From positions 697-64,696 of the forward strand of contig CAZASJ010000008.1 of NCBI GenBank assembly GCA_964487735.1: a stretch of 64,000 nucleotides of DNA, read 5' to 3'. The notes beneath the pieces are model-generated. The model saw nothing but the letters and a program-made list of their open reading frames with translations, was not told the DNA's origin and made no database searches. Of the stretch, positions 55,976 to 64,000 are shown piece after piece. Position 1 is the first letter of the stretch. Every line of letters begins with the position of its first letter. The stretch comes from an uncultured Bacteroidales bacterium (GTDB lineage Bacteria > Bacteroidota > Bacteroidia > Bacteroidales > B18-G4). The position numbers and the translations under genes were made by a program.

Positions 55976-57298
55976 TTAAAGCTGAGACTTTTTAATTTTT
56001 TTGGTAGACTTTTTCCAGATATTCCTTGATTTTTCAAATACCTTACCCACAGTTTTGGGAGGAATTCGTTCTATCATAAACCTTGAAAAGCGCATACCCA
56101 GAATGATAAACAGGCTATCGATAATAAGTTCCATGAAATAACGCTTAAAGCTAAAGCCCTTCATAGCATAGCCATAATCCGGATTGGTTTTCCCAAGCCA
56201 CCTTCGGTATTTCATGCGAATAAAAGTCCCTCTTTTCTTTAAGTCGTAGCCATGTGAATGCATTTGAATGGCCTCTGATTCTTCAATAGGATTCAAGCTC
56301 AGTGATCCATCTTCAAGCATTTCATCTATAACGGCCTGCCCTTTTACAGAACGGGATAACACCATTGAAAAGCCTTTTCCCCTTTCTTCGTATACCGGGG
56401 CCCATGCATCTCCCCCTGAAATATCAGTAAACTCATTGCTGAGATCAGTACAGAGCAGGCTGTTTTTCATGATATGAAACGGAATCAGGTAATTCGCATG
56501 GAACTTAGGCAATTCAATGGCTCTGCCACTTTCCATCTCGACACGCATATTTCCGGGCCATTCACCATATCGGAAATACAGCTTTTTGATCTTGCGGTAA
56601 TCTTTCTCTCCATATGACCGCAGGAAACTTCTTATTGAAGAAAAATGAAGAGTATTACCATAAAACGGCCCCAAAATGTATTCAATATTCGCAACAGCAG
56701 GATGGCCTTCTTCCTGCAATAACCTGACAGATTGAATTTGTCCGGGAAGCCCGACATACGCCAGCTTACCTTTGAATGCTGCCATCTCGGGAAGGATCTC
56801 ATTTACGGATGAAATGATGTATTTGCTCTGGGCAGCTGATAAAATTTCCTCCTTCGTAGTAGCTATAAATGCTTTTGTTAGCCAGGGTTCCTCCCCTGAC
56901 ATCCCCAGCACTACGGCACCATCTATTCTTCCCTTTTCCAGTAACCATATCAATACTGCGGAAATAATCCCTCCACTTGCACCCAGTTGTCTTATCGACT
57001 CATCATTTGAATTTCCGATATAGATATTCCGGTATGAGCCTGTAAAGATATTTTTATGTGCCTCATCCGCATAGATTCTTTTTGATTGTTCAGGAAAGTC
57101 AAATCCCTTTCCGCTGCAATACTTAAAAAGTTCACGGCTGACAGATCCATCCGGATCATCATTAACTATCGGAAGGTATTTCCCGGTTCGGTCGGAGAAA
57201 ACAATGCGGCCTTCTGATAATCCCACGCAAGTTCCACAACGGTTACAAAGCCCATTGCGAACTACATCCTGTATGTTTTCAAGCTTTCTCACACACAA
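55976..57298 (-). CDS. FrhB/FdhB family (coenzyme F420 hydrogenase beta-subunit-like) Fe-S flavoprotein
   Basis: 440 aa. CNRCGTCVGLS, GASGGIISAVLIWLLEKGRIDGAVV, C-terminal-domain motif LLCTDLSNEFTDISGGDAW. No ATG start: candidates are TTG at 57298 or GTG at 57292. It overlaps the upstream methyltransferase gene by 14-20 nt. Confidence 0.7.
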   Translation of the reverse strand: MCVRKLENIQDVVRNGLCNRCGTCVGLSEGRIVFSDRTGKYLPIVNDDPDGSVSRELFKYCSGKGFDFPEQSKRIYADEAHKNIFTGSYRNIYIGNSNDESIRQLGASGGIISAVLIWLLEKGRIDGAVVLGMSGEEPWLTKAFIATTKEEILSAAQSKYIISSVNEILPEMAAFKGKLAYVGLPGQIQSVRLLQEEGHPAVANIEYILGPFYGNTLHFSSIRSFLRSYGEKDYRKIKKLYFRYGEWPGNMRVEMESGRAIELPKFHANYLIPFHIMKNSLLCTDLSNEFTDISGGDAWAPVYEERGKGFSMVLSRSVKGQAVIDEMLEDGSLSLNPIEESEAIQMHSHGYDLKKRGTFIRMKYRRWLGKTNPDYGYAMKGFSFKRYFMELIIDSLFIILGMRFSRFMIERIPPKTVGKVFEKSRNIWKKSTKKIKKSQL

Positions 57299-58016
57299 AA
57301 AATTGTCTTATTCCAAGTTCAGCAATAAAGGTTCCCTGTGTTTTGGAAATGATCCTTTCCCCAAAATTCCTAATAAAGGCTGGCCCGACCGGAACCAGCA
57401 GTGTCCCTTTATGTTCAATTAACTTCCAATTCGTTTGGACAAACCATTGTTTAACGGTTTTGGAAGGAGGAAATTTATGCGGTCCTTCTCCATGTCCACC
57501 AAACAGGAATGTAAATACCTGGTATGGGATCTCACTGGTAGCCGGCGGACAACTTAAGACCATGCGTGCCCCGGGTTTTGCGATGCGATGCAGCTCAATC
57601 AAAAATTGAAGGGGTTGCTCCACATGTTCCAGCGTTTCAAGGCACAACACCCTGTCAAAAGATTCATCAGCATAGGGAAGCTTTGAATAGGTGTCAATTT
57701 TAATCTGTTCAACATATGGCCTGTATTTTTTTGCTTCAGCCATCAGCCCCGCTGAAATTTCAGTATTAAAAACCTTTATCGTTTTATCTTTTTTAAGGAT
57801 ATAATCATTGGCTTCACAGTCGCGGCTGCTTATATTGATGATCTGCTGTCCGGGCTCCAGTAGCAAATAATCAACACTCTCATTAAATCTTTGGTCGTGG
57901 GTTTCCTTCAACTTGTCATTTTCAGCTACATAGATAGAAGCAACAGCATCCCAATGGGCTTCCACTTCCCTATCGTTCCATTTATTTCTGAAATCCAATG
58001 GGTATTCTTTCATCAC
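57279..58016 (-). CDS. Class I SAM-dependent methyltransferase-like protein with a non-canonical motif I
   Basis: 245 aa. Motif II region FDRVLCLETLEHVEQP and RIAKPGARMVLS fit the Methyltransf_11/23 type. The glycine-rich loop position instead reads IINISSRDCE. Confidence 0.6.
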   Translation of the reverse strand: MMKEYPLDFRNKWNDREVEAHWDAVASIYVAENDKLKETHDQRFNESVDYLLLEPGQQIINISSRDCEANDYILKKDKTIKVFNTEISAGLMAEAKKYRPYVEQIKIDTYSKLPYADESFDRVLCLETLEHVEQPLQFLIELHRIAKPGARMVLSCPPATSEIPYQVFTFLFGGHGEGPHKFPPSKTVKQWFVQTNWKLIEHKGTLLVPVGPAFIRNFGERIISKTQGTFIAELGIRQFFVCEKA

Positions 58017-58883
58017 TTAGTGTTTGCGATTGAGCAGGGATATCTGGTCAGCGATCAATCCGATAAAAAACAGTATCATTCCCAGGGTGATAAGAATAAT
58101 GGCACCATTTGAAAACCTGCCGGCAATGGCAAAACCCCAAACTCCATAAATTAATCCAACTGAGCCGGCAATCATACTGGCAGGGAGGAATATTTTCAAT
58201 GGATTGAACAACATAATGATCCTCAACAGGAGCATGAGGGTCTTGGTTCCGTCTTTGATGAATTTGACATTGCTCTTACGGCCAACCCTTTCCTCCACAA
58301 CAATTGGAAAAGTGCCAATATTATATCCTTCTTTCATAAAGGCCAGCGTTGAGGTAGTCGAAAAAGAAAAGCCATTCGGCATGAAGTGCAGCATTTCTCT
58401 GATCAGGCTTTTTTCAAAGCCCCTGAACCCTGAATTATAATCAGGTAATTTTTGTTCTACCAGGAATTCACCTACCCAACGAATTACTTTCTTTCCTGCC
58501 TTACGGTTTCTTACCTGGAAAGAATCCTCCGTCCTGCATCCAATTACCATTTCATGGTCCTCAAGCATTTCGGCAAGTTTATCCAGGTATTTAGGGTCAT
58601 GCTGACCATCACTATCCATGAAAATTACTTTATCCCCATTTGATTTCCTGATCCCTGTTTTAAGTGATGCACCATAGCCTTTATTGACCGCATGGCTAAG
58701 AACCTTTACCGGAAAGCTTTCTGAAATTTCCCTGGTCTTATCGGTTGATCCGTCGTTCACCACTATTATTTCATACTTTTCATGATAATTTCCGGCAACC
58801 AACTTTTCGAGAGTACCCCTGATGCCAGTCTCTTCATTGTAAGCAGGGATGATTAAAGACAATGTACTTTTCGTATTGGCCAT
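58017..58883 (-). CDS. Glycosyltransferase family 2 with two C-terminal TM helices (GtrB/ArnC-like polyprenol-phosphate glycosyltransferase)
   Basis: 288 aa. [31 protein letters not shown]-terminal TM segments. The stop abuts the next start (58016/58017). Confidence 0.85.
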   Translation of the reverse strand: MANTKSTLSLIIPAYNEETGIRGTLEKLVAGNYHEKYEIIVVNDGSTDKTREISESFPVKVLSHAVNKGYGASLKTGIRKSNGDKVIFMDSDGQHDPKYLDKLAEMLEDHEMVIGCRTEDSFQVRNRKAGKKVIRWVGEFLVEQKLPDYNSGFRGFEKSLIREMLHFMPNGFSFSTTSTLAFMKEGYNIGTFPIVVEERVGRKSNVKFIKDGTKTLMLLLRIIMLFNPLKIFLPASMIAGSVGLIYGVWGFAIAGRFSNGAIILITLGMILFFIGLIADQISLLNRKH

Positions 58884-58919
58884 GTAAGGGCTCCTTATTT
58901 TTGAGGATTTTATTCATGC

Positions 58920-58927
58920 AAATATAG
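58920..58927 (-). promoter_or_regulatory. Candidate -7 box (TATATTTG) for the GT2-methyltransferase-FrhB-like-UPF0104 operon
   Basis: Plus strand reads CAAATATA, 37 nt upstream of the ATG at 58883. Confidence 0.5.
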
Positions 58928-59005
58928 GAATATTCAATCAAGCCAATGGTTTCTTTACCTTCTGGAAAACATATACGTTCTCAGTAGTATAATCCAAAAA
59001 CAGAT

Positions 59006-59013
59006 TATCTTTG
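59006..59013 (+). promoter_or_regulatory. Candidate -7 box (TATCTTTG) for the second UPF0104 gene
   Basis: Matches TAnnTTTG, 23 nt upstream of the ATG at 59036. Confidence 0.5.
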
Positions 59014-59035
59014 CCATTTTATAGCCAAATAACAT

Positions 59036-59920
59036 ATGAAGATCTTTTTCAAGGTATTGATCTATCTTTCATTACTATTCCTGGTGGTATATTTATACCG
59101 TTTTAATTACCTGGATGTGCATGGATTAGACATGGACCCTGGATTTCTTATCGTATCCACATTGTTCCTCTGGACCGGATTTCTCATGAGCACCCAGAGC
59201 TGGTGGAAAGCATTGAAAGTACATGAAATAGAGGTTACCCATACAGTTGCACTTATATCACATGGCTTATCGGTATTTGCCAAATATATCCCTGGAAAGG
59301 TATGGGCAATCCTTGGCAGGGCATCATTTGTGTCGACGAACAAAGCTATCATGCGCAATGCCAGTTACATTTCATTGAAGGAACAGTTAATATATGTTTG
59401 GTTGGGCTTGCTTATCGGGATAGGCCCATTGCTATACTATTATCCCCTCAATGGTTTTGTGCTTCTGGTATTGGGCCTCACCTTATTCTTCACCTTCTTT
59501 TTGTATTCGAAAGCTTTTCATCGCTTGGTGATTCGCCTTATCTCTATGATTATCAGAAAAGAACTTGATGTGCCCTTGGTAAGCTTACGAGAAGTTAGCC
59601 CACTCATCCTTTATGTGCTCTCCTATTGGCTGCTCTGGATGCTTGCTTTCTACTTTTTTGTGTACGCCTTTAAGATTGATTTTTCGATCAGCATCATCTT
59701 TGCCTGGCCTCTCGGGATATCACTTGGAGTATTGGCCCTGATTACACCCGGGGGAATAGGAGTGAGGGAAGGCATCATGACTGGATTTATGGTACTGACA
59801 GGCATAGCAATCGAAACGGCCACTACAGTAGCAGTATTGTCACGTTTATGGTTTATCAGTGGGGAGATATTTATCTTCTTTCTGTCGTTGGGCCTGAATA
59901 AATTTCGTTTTCGTCGCTGA
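59036..59920 (+). CDS. UPF0104 / lysylphosphatidylglycerol-synthase-TM-region (MprF flippase-like) membrane protein, second copy
   Basis: 294 aa, about 8 TM segments. FAKYIPGKVW and ITPGGIGVREGIMTGF. Confidence 0.65.
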   Translation: MKIFFKVLIYLSLLFLVVYLYRFNYLDVHGLDMDPGFLIVSTLFLWTGFLMSTQSWWKALKVHEIEVTHTVALISHGLSVFAKYIPGKVWAILGRASFVSTNKAIMRNASYISLKEQLIYVWLGLLIGIGPLLYYYPLNGFVLLVLGLTLFFTFFLYSKAFHRLVIRLISMIIRKELDVPLVSLREVSPLILYVLSYWLLWMLAFYFFVYAFKIDFSISIIFAWPLGISLGVLALITPGGIGVREGIMTGFMVLTGIAIETATTVAVLSRLWFISGEIFIFFLSLGLNKFRFRR

Positions 59921-59921
59921 T

Positions 59922-61061
59922 CTATTTATACAAGCGCTCATTGTCCTGTATATCCATCCACATCGCAAAAAACAAGCTTTGCGATCCTGAAATGATCAGG
60001 AATATGAATATGATCATGGTTTGAAAGGGTGTTGCCTCTCCGATCTGGAAGGCATTGGCCAAAATATCAATGAAGAAAGGAATGGCAGCCAAAAAGAGGA
60101 AGATTCCAAGGTGGTATAAAAGAAACAAGGGATGAAAATCACGGAATAAATATTTGATCCACATTCGTTTAAAGAATGATTTGCATAGCAACCACATAAT
60201 TGGGAGAATAACCTTAGTCACCTTCATTTTCGATTGCTCACCCACATTATAGACAGGTTTAATCTCAATTTCTTTCAAGGTGCAAAATGCGATATTCAGC
60301 TTCACCAACATATCATTGGGCATGCCATACCTTTTAAAAATATCATATAGCTTGATAGCATTGATGGCATCCTTAGAAATGGCAGTATATCCTGTCTGCG
60401 TGTCGGATACATGCCAGTAGCCTGATGCGATCTTCGTGAGTATTGAGAGTATTGAATTGCCAAAATAACGGGTTTTTGGAATCACGAACCAGGAACTACG
60501 GTGGATAAGCCGGTTTCCTTTCACGTAATCGATGCCATCTTCCACAACAGGCATGCAAATTGATTCAAGTTCATCGGGATCCATTTGCCCGTCGCCAGCC
60601 ATCACAGCAGTACAGTCGATATCGTGGTCCTTGCACCATTTATAGCCAGTAGCGATAGCGGCCCCTACTCCTCCATTCTCGATGTGATCAATCAGGATTA
60701 CCCGGTCGTATTCGGGCTTTTCATTTATTACTTTGTGTGGTGTAAAAAACTCGACTTCCTCTTTATTCTTCTGATCGAGGACCTGTTCTGCAGTCATGTA
60801 TATATTGTTGACCCTACCTTTAGAATCATAGTCTCGGTGGGGAATGTGCACATCAGGAAACTTTTTCAAATAAGTTCTAACTACAGCCGAAGTCTTATCT
60901 TTCGAAAGGTCATTAACCACGACGATCTTATCGACGAATTCAGGCATTGTATCAATGACCATGCCTATCTGGGATTCCTCATTGTAACATGGTACAACTA
61001 CTGCAACTGTTTTATCTTTTATCATGATCCAAAGATGGTATTTTTTTATAATAATATTCAA
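59922..61061 (-). CDS. Glycosyltransferase family 2 with C-terminal TM helices
   Basis: 379 aa. VAVVVPCYNEE, VVNDLSKDKT, MAGDGQMDP. Hydrophobic C-terminus. Alternative ATG at 61025. Confidence 0.8.
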   Translation of the reverse strand: MNIIIKKYHLWIMIKDKTVAVVVPCYNEESQIGMVIDTMPEFVDKIVVVNDLSKDKTSAVVRTYLKKFPDVHIPHRDYDSKGRVNNIYMTAEQVLDQKNKEEVEFFTPHKVINEKPEYDRVILIDHIENGGVGAAIATGYKWCKDHDIDCTAVMAGDGQMDPDELESICMPVVEDGIDYVKGNRLIHRSSWFVIPKTRYFGNSILSILTKIASGYWHVSDTQTGYTAISKDAINAIKLYDIFKRYGMPNDMLVKLNIAFCTLKEIEIKPVYNVGEQSKMKVTKVILPIMWLLCKSFFKRMWIKYLFRDFHPLFLLYHLGIFLFLAAIPFFIDILANAFQIGEATPFQTMIIFIFLIISGSQSLFFAMWMDIQDNERLYK

Positions 61062-61231
61062 CTTTACTATCGAAAACAGACTTTGCTTCCGTTATTATGA
61101 GTGAATCCAGTACTATTCCTTGATATTTGCCAGTATTAATCCTCTCAATAATTCTCGAATCATTGGCTATTGAATCCCAAATCCGATTGATTTTTTAGTC
61201 ATCCATGCATCATAGACAAGCATCACTTAAA

Positions 61232-63490
61232 TCAAAACTCAATGATGTCAATTTCATCTTCCACCGGTGTTGCTCCCTTGTGGTATTTTTCACAGTCCAG
61301 TTCAACAGAAAGTTCTTTCAAAGGACGCTCAAAATCTCCCTTTGTGTAGCCCAGGCTGGGGTCATCATATACCTTTTGCATATACAATGCCCAGATCGGA
61401 AGGGCCATATTGGCACCCTGCCCCAGCGTAATAGTCCTGAAGTGGGCACTTCTGTCCTCACATCCAACCCAAACACCGGTCGTTAGCTGAGGTACGATTC
61501 CCATGAACCATCCGTCGGATTGATTTTGCGTGGTTCCTGTTTTCCCGGCCACGGGATTATTAAAGCCATATTTAAACCTGAGACGAATTCCGGTACCGGA
61601 TTCTACCACCCCCTTCATAAGCTCCAGCATCATAAAGGCTGTTTCTTCGCTCATGGCTTCTTTTCTTTCCGGGACAAAAGACTCAATCACATTGCCATTC
61701 TTATCTTCTATACGTGTAATAAACAGTGGCTTAACATACATTCCTTTGCTGGCAAAGGAGTTCATGGCCCCTACCATTTCATACAATGTGAGGTCGCAGG
61801 ATCCAAGCGCAATTGAAGGCACAGGATCAATACTGCTTTTCACGCCCAGGTTTCTGGCCATCCGTACCACGGAGAGCGGTGAATACCTTCTCATCAGGAA
61901 AGCAGAGATCCAGTTATTGGAGTTTGCCAGGGCCCACTTCAAGGTTACCATTTCGCCTACCCTGTCGGAAGAGGAATTTCGGGGAGCCCAGATGTCCCCT
62001 GTCGGGAGATCGACGGTATATTGAATATTTGCCACCTCATAACAGGGTGAAAATTCTCCCTCCTGCATGGCCAATGAATATAGGAATGGCTTAAAAGTGG
62101 AACCCACCTGACGCTTGCTCTGAGTGGCATGATCATACTTAAAATACAGATAATCGATACCGCCCACATAGGCTTTAACCGCACCCGTATTGGGCTCTAT
62201 TGATAGCATCCCTGCCTGAAGGATATGCTTATAATAACGGATTGAATCCATGGGAGTCATGATGGTATCAATCGAGCCATCCCAGGTAAATAAACTCATT
62301 TGCTGAGGTGTGTTAAATACAATCTCTATGGAGTCAGCATCAATACCGGCCGTTTTCATCTTGCGATACCTTTCAGACCTTCGCATGGATTGCTGAAGCA
62401 GCTTTTCCACTTCATCTTTTACTACATCTTTATCAAATACGAATGGTGCCCAAGTATATCCTGCCCAATGCCTGTAAAAGCTGGGTTGCAGATCCTTTCC
62501 AAGGTGTTCTTTTACGGCTTCTTCGGCATACATTTGCATGCGTGAATCGATGGTTGTGTAGATGCGCAACCCATCCATGTACAGGTTATAGGGTGTTCCA
62601 TCGGGGCGAAAATGATGCTCACACCAAACCTTCATCTCCGACCTTAAATATTCTCTGAAATACCTTGCCATCCCGGCTGTATGATCCTGAATATTGAAAT
62701 GCGACATATCAATGGGTGTGCGAGAAACTGTGTCGTAGATCGAATCATTAATGTAGGCATACTTCAGCATCTGTCCCAACACCAGGTTTCTTCTTTCAAA
62801 AGCCCTTTCGGGATTACGTATCGGGCTGTACCAGGTTGGTGCATTCACAACGCCAACCAACAATGCTGCTTCCTGCAGGTTCAGTGAATCAACCGACTTA
62901 TTGAAAAATGTGCGGGCAGCTGATTTAATCCCAAATGCATGGTGTCCGTACGAAACGGTATTGAGATACATGGCAATGATCTCTTCTTTGCTATAATTCT
63001 TTTCGAGTTTGGTAGCGGTGACCCACTCTTTCAGCTTTCGCATGATCAACTGCCATTTATTCAGATTCCCACGGGGAAAAAGATTCTTGGCAAGTTGTTG
63101 TGTAAGCGTACTGCCCCCTCCAGCATGATTCCCTGAAATAAGGCCGAAGGCAACACGGCCGAGTGCTTTCACATCCACTCCTGAATGCTTTCTGAAACGC
63201 ACATCTTCGGTAGCAAGCAATGCATTGATAAGATCTTTAGGAAGCGTATTGAAGTCAATATCGGAACGATTCTCAATGTAATAAGTCCCTAATAAATAGC
63301 CATCTTCAGAATAAACTTCAGAGGCTAAATTTCTTTCCGGATTTTCCAGTTCCTCAAAGGATGGCATATAACCAAACCACCCTCTTGCAATGCCAAAAAA
63401 GATCAAAAAGATCAGCAACAAACTGGAGAAATAAACAATCCACATGCGGACTAAGTAGTTGATTCTTATGCGTTTCTTTTCTTCTGACAT
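61232..63490 (-). CDS. mrcA: Penicillin-binding protein 1A (bifunctional GT51 transglycosylase / transpeptidase)
   Basis: ATEDVRFRKHSGVD, GGSTLTQQLAKN, RKLKEW, STFKPF (SxxK), SNN, KTGTT. ATG at 63488-63490; the ORF track starts at a TTG at 63496. Confidence 0.9.
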   Translation of the reverse strand: MSEEKKRIRINYLVRMWIVYFSSLLLIFLIFFGIARGWFGYMPSFEELENPERNLASEVYSEDGYLLGTYYIENRSDIDFNTLPKDLINALLATEDVRFRKHSGVDVKALGRVAFGLISGNHAGGGSTLTQQLAKNLFPRGNLNKWQLIMRKLKEWVTATKLEKNYSKEEIIAMYLNTVSYGHHAFGIKSAARTFFNKSVDSLNLQEAALLVGVVNAPTWYSPIRNPERAFERRNLVLGQMLKYAYINDSIYDTVSRTPIDMSHFNIQDHTAGMARYFREYLRSEMKVWCEHHFRPDGTPYNLYMDGLRIYTTIDSRMQMYAEEAVKEHLGKDLQPSFYRHWAGYTWAPFVFDKDVVKDEVEKLLQQSMRRSERYRKMKTAGIDADSIEIVFNTPQQMSLFTWDGSIDTIMTPMDSIRYYKHILQAGMLSIEPNTGAVKAYVGGIDYLYFKYDHATQSKRQVGSTFKPFLYSLAMQEGEFSPCYEVANIQYTVDLPTGDIWAPRNSSSDRVGEMVTLKWALANSNNWISAFLMRRYSPLSVVRMARNLGVKSSIDPVPSIALGSCDLTLYEMVGAMNSFASKGMYVKPLFITRIEDKNGNVIESFVPERKEAMSEETAFMMLELMKGVVESGTGIRLRFKYGFNNPVAGKTGTTQNQSDGWFMGIVPQLTTGVWVGCEDRSAHFRTITLGQGANMALPIWALYMQKVYDDPSLGYTKGDFERPLKELSVELDCEKYHKGATPVEDEIDIIEF

Positions 63491-63512
63491 TCCCAAATAA
63501 TTATTGTATTGC

Positions 63513-63520
63513 CAAATTTA
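63513..63520 (-). promoter_or_regulatory. Candidate -7 box (TAAATTTG) for PBP1A
   Basis: Plus strand reads CAAATTTA, 23 nt upstream of the ATG at 63490. Confidence 0.45.
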
Positions 63521-63533
63521 ATTCAATGCTGAA

Positions 63534-64000
63534 CTAATAACTGCTTTTTTCTATTCTTAATCCTATATCCTCTATTCCTTCAAGCTGTTCATCCCTCATG
63601 GCCTGTTCAAGGTGAAACGAATAGATTCCCTTCAGGGGAAACCGCAAGGCCTGCTGAAGCATGATCAGATTATCCTTTATCTTTCCGGAGCCATTTCCAA
63701 GCCACTTCCCATCTATATCGGCAAGAATGCACTCGATGGTGTCCCTGCTTGAATGCCCATTGGGGAAGTCAGTGGTCATGAACAGGTAAATATTGCTGTA
63801 TTGGTAATCCGTATTATTGCGTATGCTGATAAAAAAATCATTTATTGCCAGGCTGTCATCCACCAATACTTCAAAATGAAAGACTGTGTCACGATCCCAG
63901 GATGCACCTTCAACAGCAAAGGATTTATCATACACACGTGCCGGATCACATGCCGAAATCAACAGTGTAATGAGTGTTAAGGAAACCAGGAAACTCCATT
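63534..64000 (-). CDS. gldH: Gliding motility lipoprotein GldH (5' end runs off the window)
   Basis: The frame stays open to nt 64000 and reads ..WSFLVSLTLITLLISACD (lipobox LISAC). The body (..FFISIRNNTDYQYSNIYLF..GKWLGNGSG..LEQAMRDEQLEGIEDIGLRIE) matches GldH as I recall it. Confidence 0.7.
   Translation of the reverse strand, partial: WSFLVSLTLITLLISACDPARVYDKSFAVEGASWDRDTVFHFEVLVDDSLAINDFFISIRNNTDYQYSNIYLFMTTDFPNGHSSRDTIECILADIDGKWLGNGSGKIKDNLIMLQQALRFPLKGIYSFHLEQAMRDEQLEGIEDIGLRIEKSSY

Noticed and set aside
1-64000. I searched for tRNA, rRNA, tmRNA, riboswitch, IS element, integrase or prophage signatures in all intergenic gaps.
   Set aside because: No cloverleaf-like GGTTCGAATCC-type T-arm sequences, rRNA-like stretches, terminal inverted repeats with a transposase, or integrase ORFs were recognisable. 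Small structured RNAs cannot be excluded without covariance-model searches such as Infernal/Rfam.

Overview
The window is a 64-kb chromosomal segment that looks like a gliding, T9SS-bearing member of the Bacteroidota. Supporting evidence: gldF, gldG and gldH homologues; one type-A and one type-B T9SS C-terminal sorting domain; a MurF-alanine racemase fusion; and TAnnTTTG -7 promoter boxes 7-65 nt upstream of many start codons, with no obvious Shine-Dalgarno sites. I call 45 protein-coding genes and one frameshifted gene remnant. I recognised no rRNA, tRNA, CRISPR array, transposase, integrase or prophage gene. Most genes are housekeeping: gdhA, phoH, purC, cinA, rpmB, a superoxide dismutase, rocD, yicC-gmk-nadD, pdxA, murF/alr and PBP1A. 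Three regions stand out. (1) A single 12,069-nt ORF (9230-21298, minus strand) encodes a 4,022-aa surface protein with about 41 tandem PKD domains and a type-B T9SS sorting domain. Its array shows clear higher-order structure: a three-domain cassette repeated five times on a strict 246-nt unit period, then a second three-domain cassette of 777-780 nt. No PorP/SprF-like partner gene lies next to it, and a 763-bp AT-rich regulatory region lies upstream. (2) A roughly 9.7-kb island (51333-61061) sits between peptidoglycan genes. It combines three GT2 polyprenol-phosphate-sugar-synthase-like enzymes, a GT-C-like membrane protein, two stand-alone MprF-flippase-like (UPF0104) proteins, an SDR, an FrhB-like Fe-S flavoprotein and an atypical methyltransferase. 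This is my best candidate for an uncharacterised envelope lipid/glycan modification system. (3) gldF-gldG-DUF4340 is tightly packed with a GT4 glycosyltransferase and a Wzy_C/O-antigen-ligase-like gene. Limits: all family assignments come from motifs I recognise in the translated ORFs. No HMM or BLAST search was possible, so family names are informed calls and all functional links are hypotheses.
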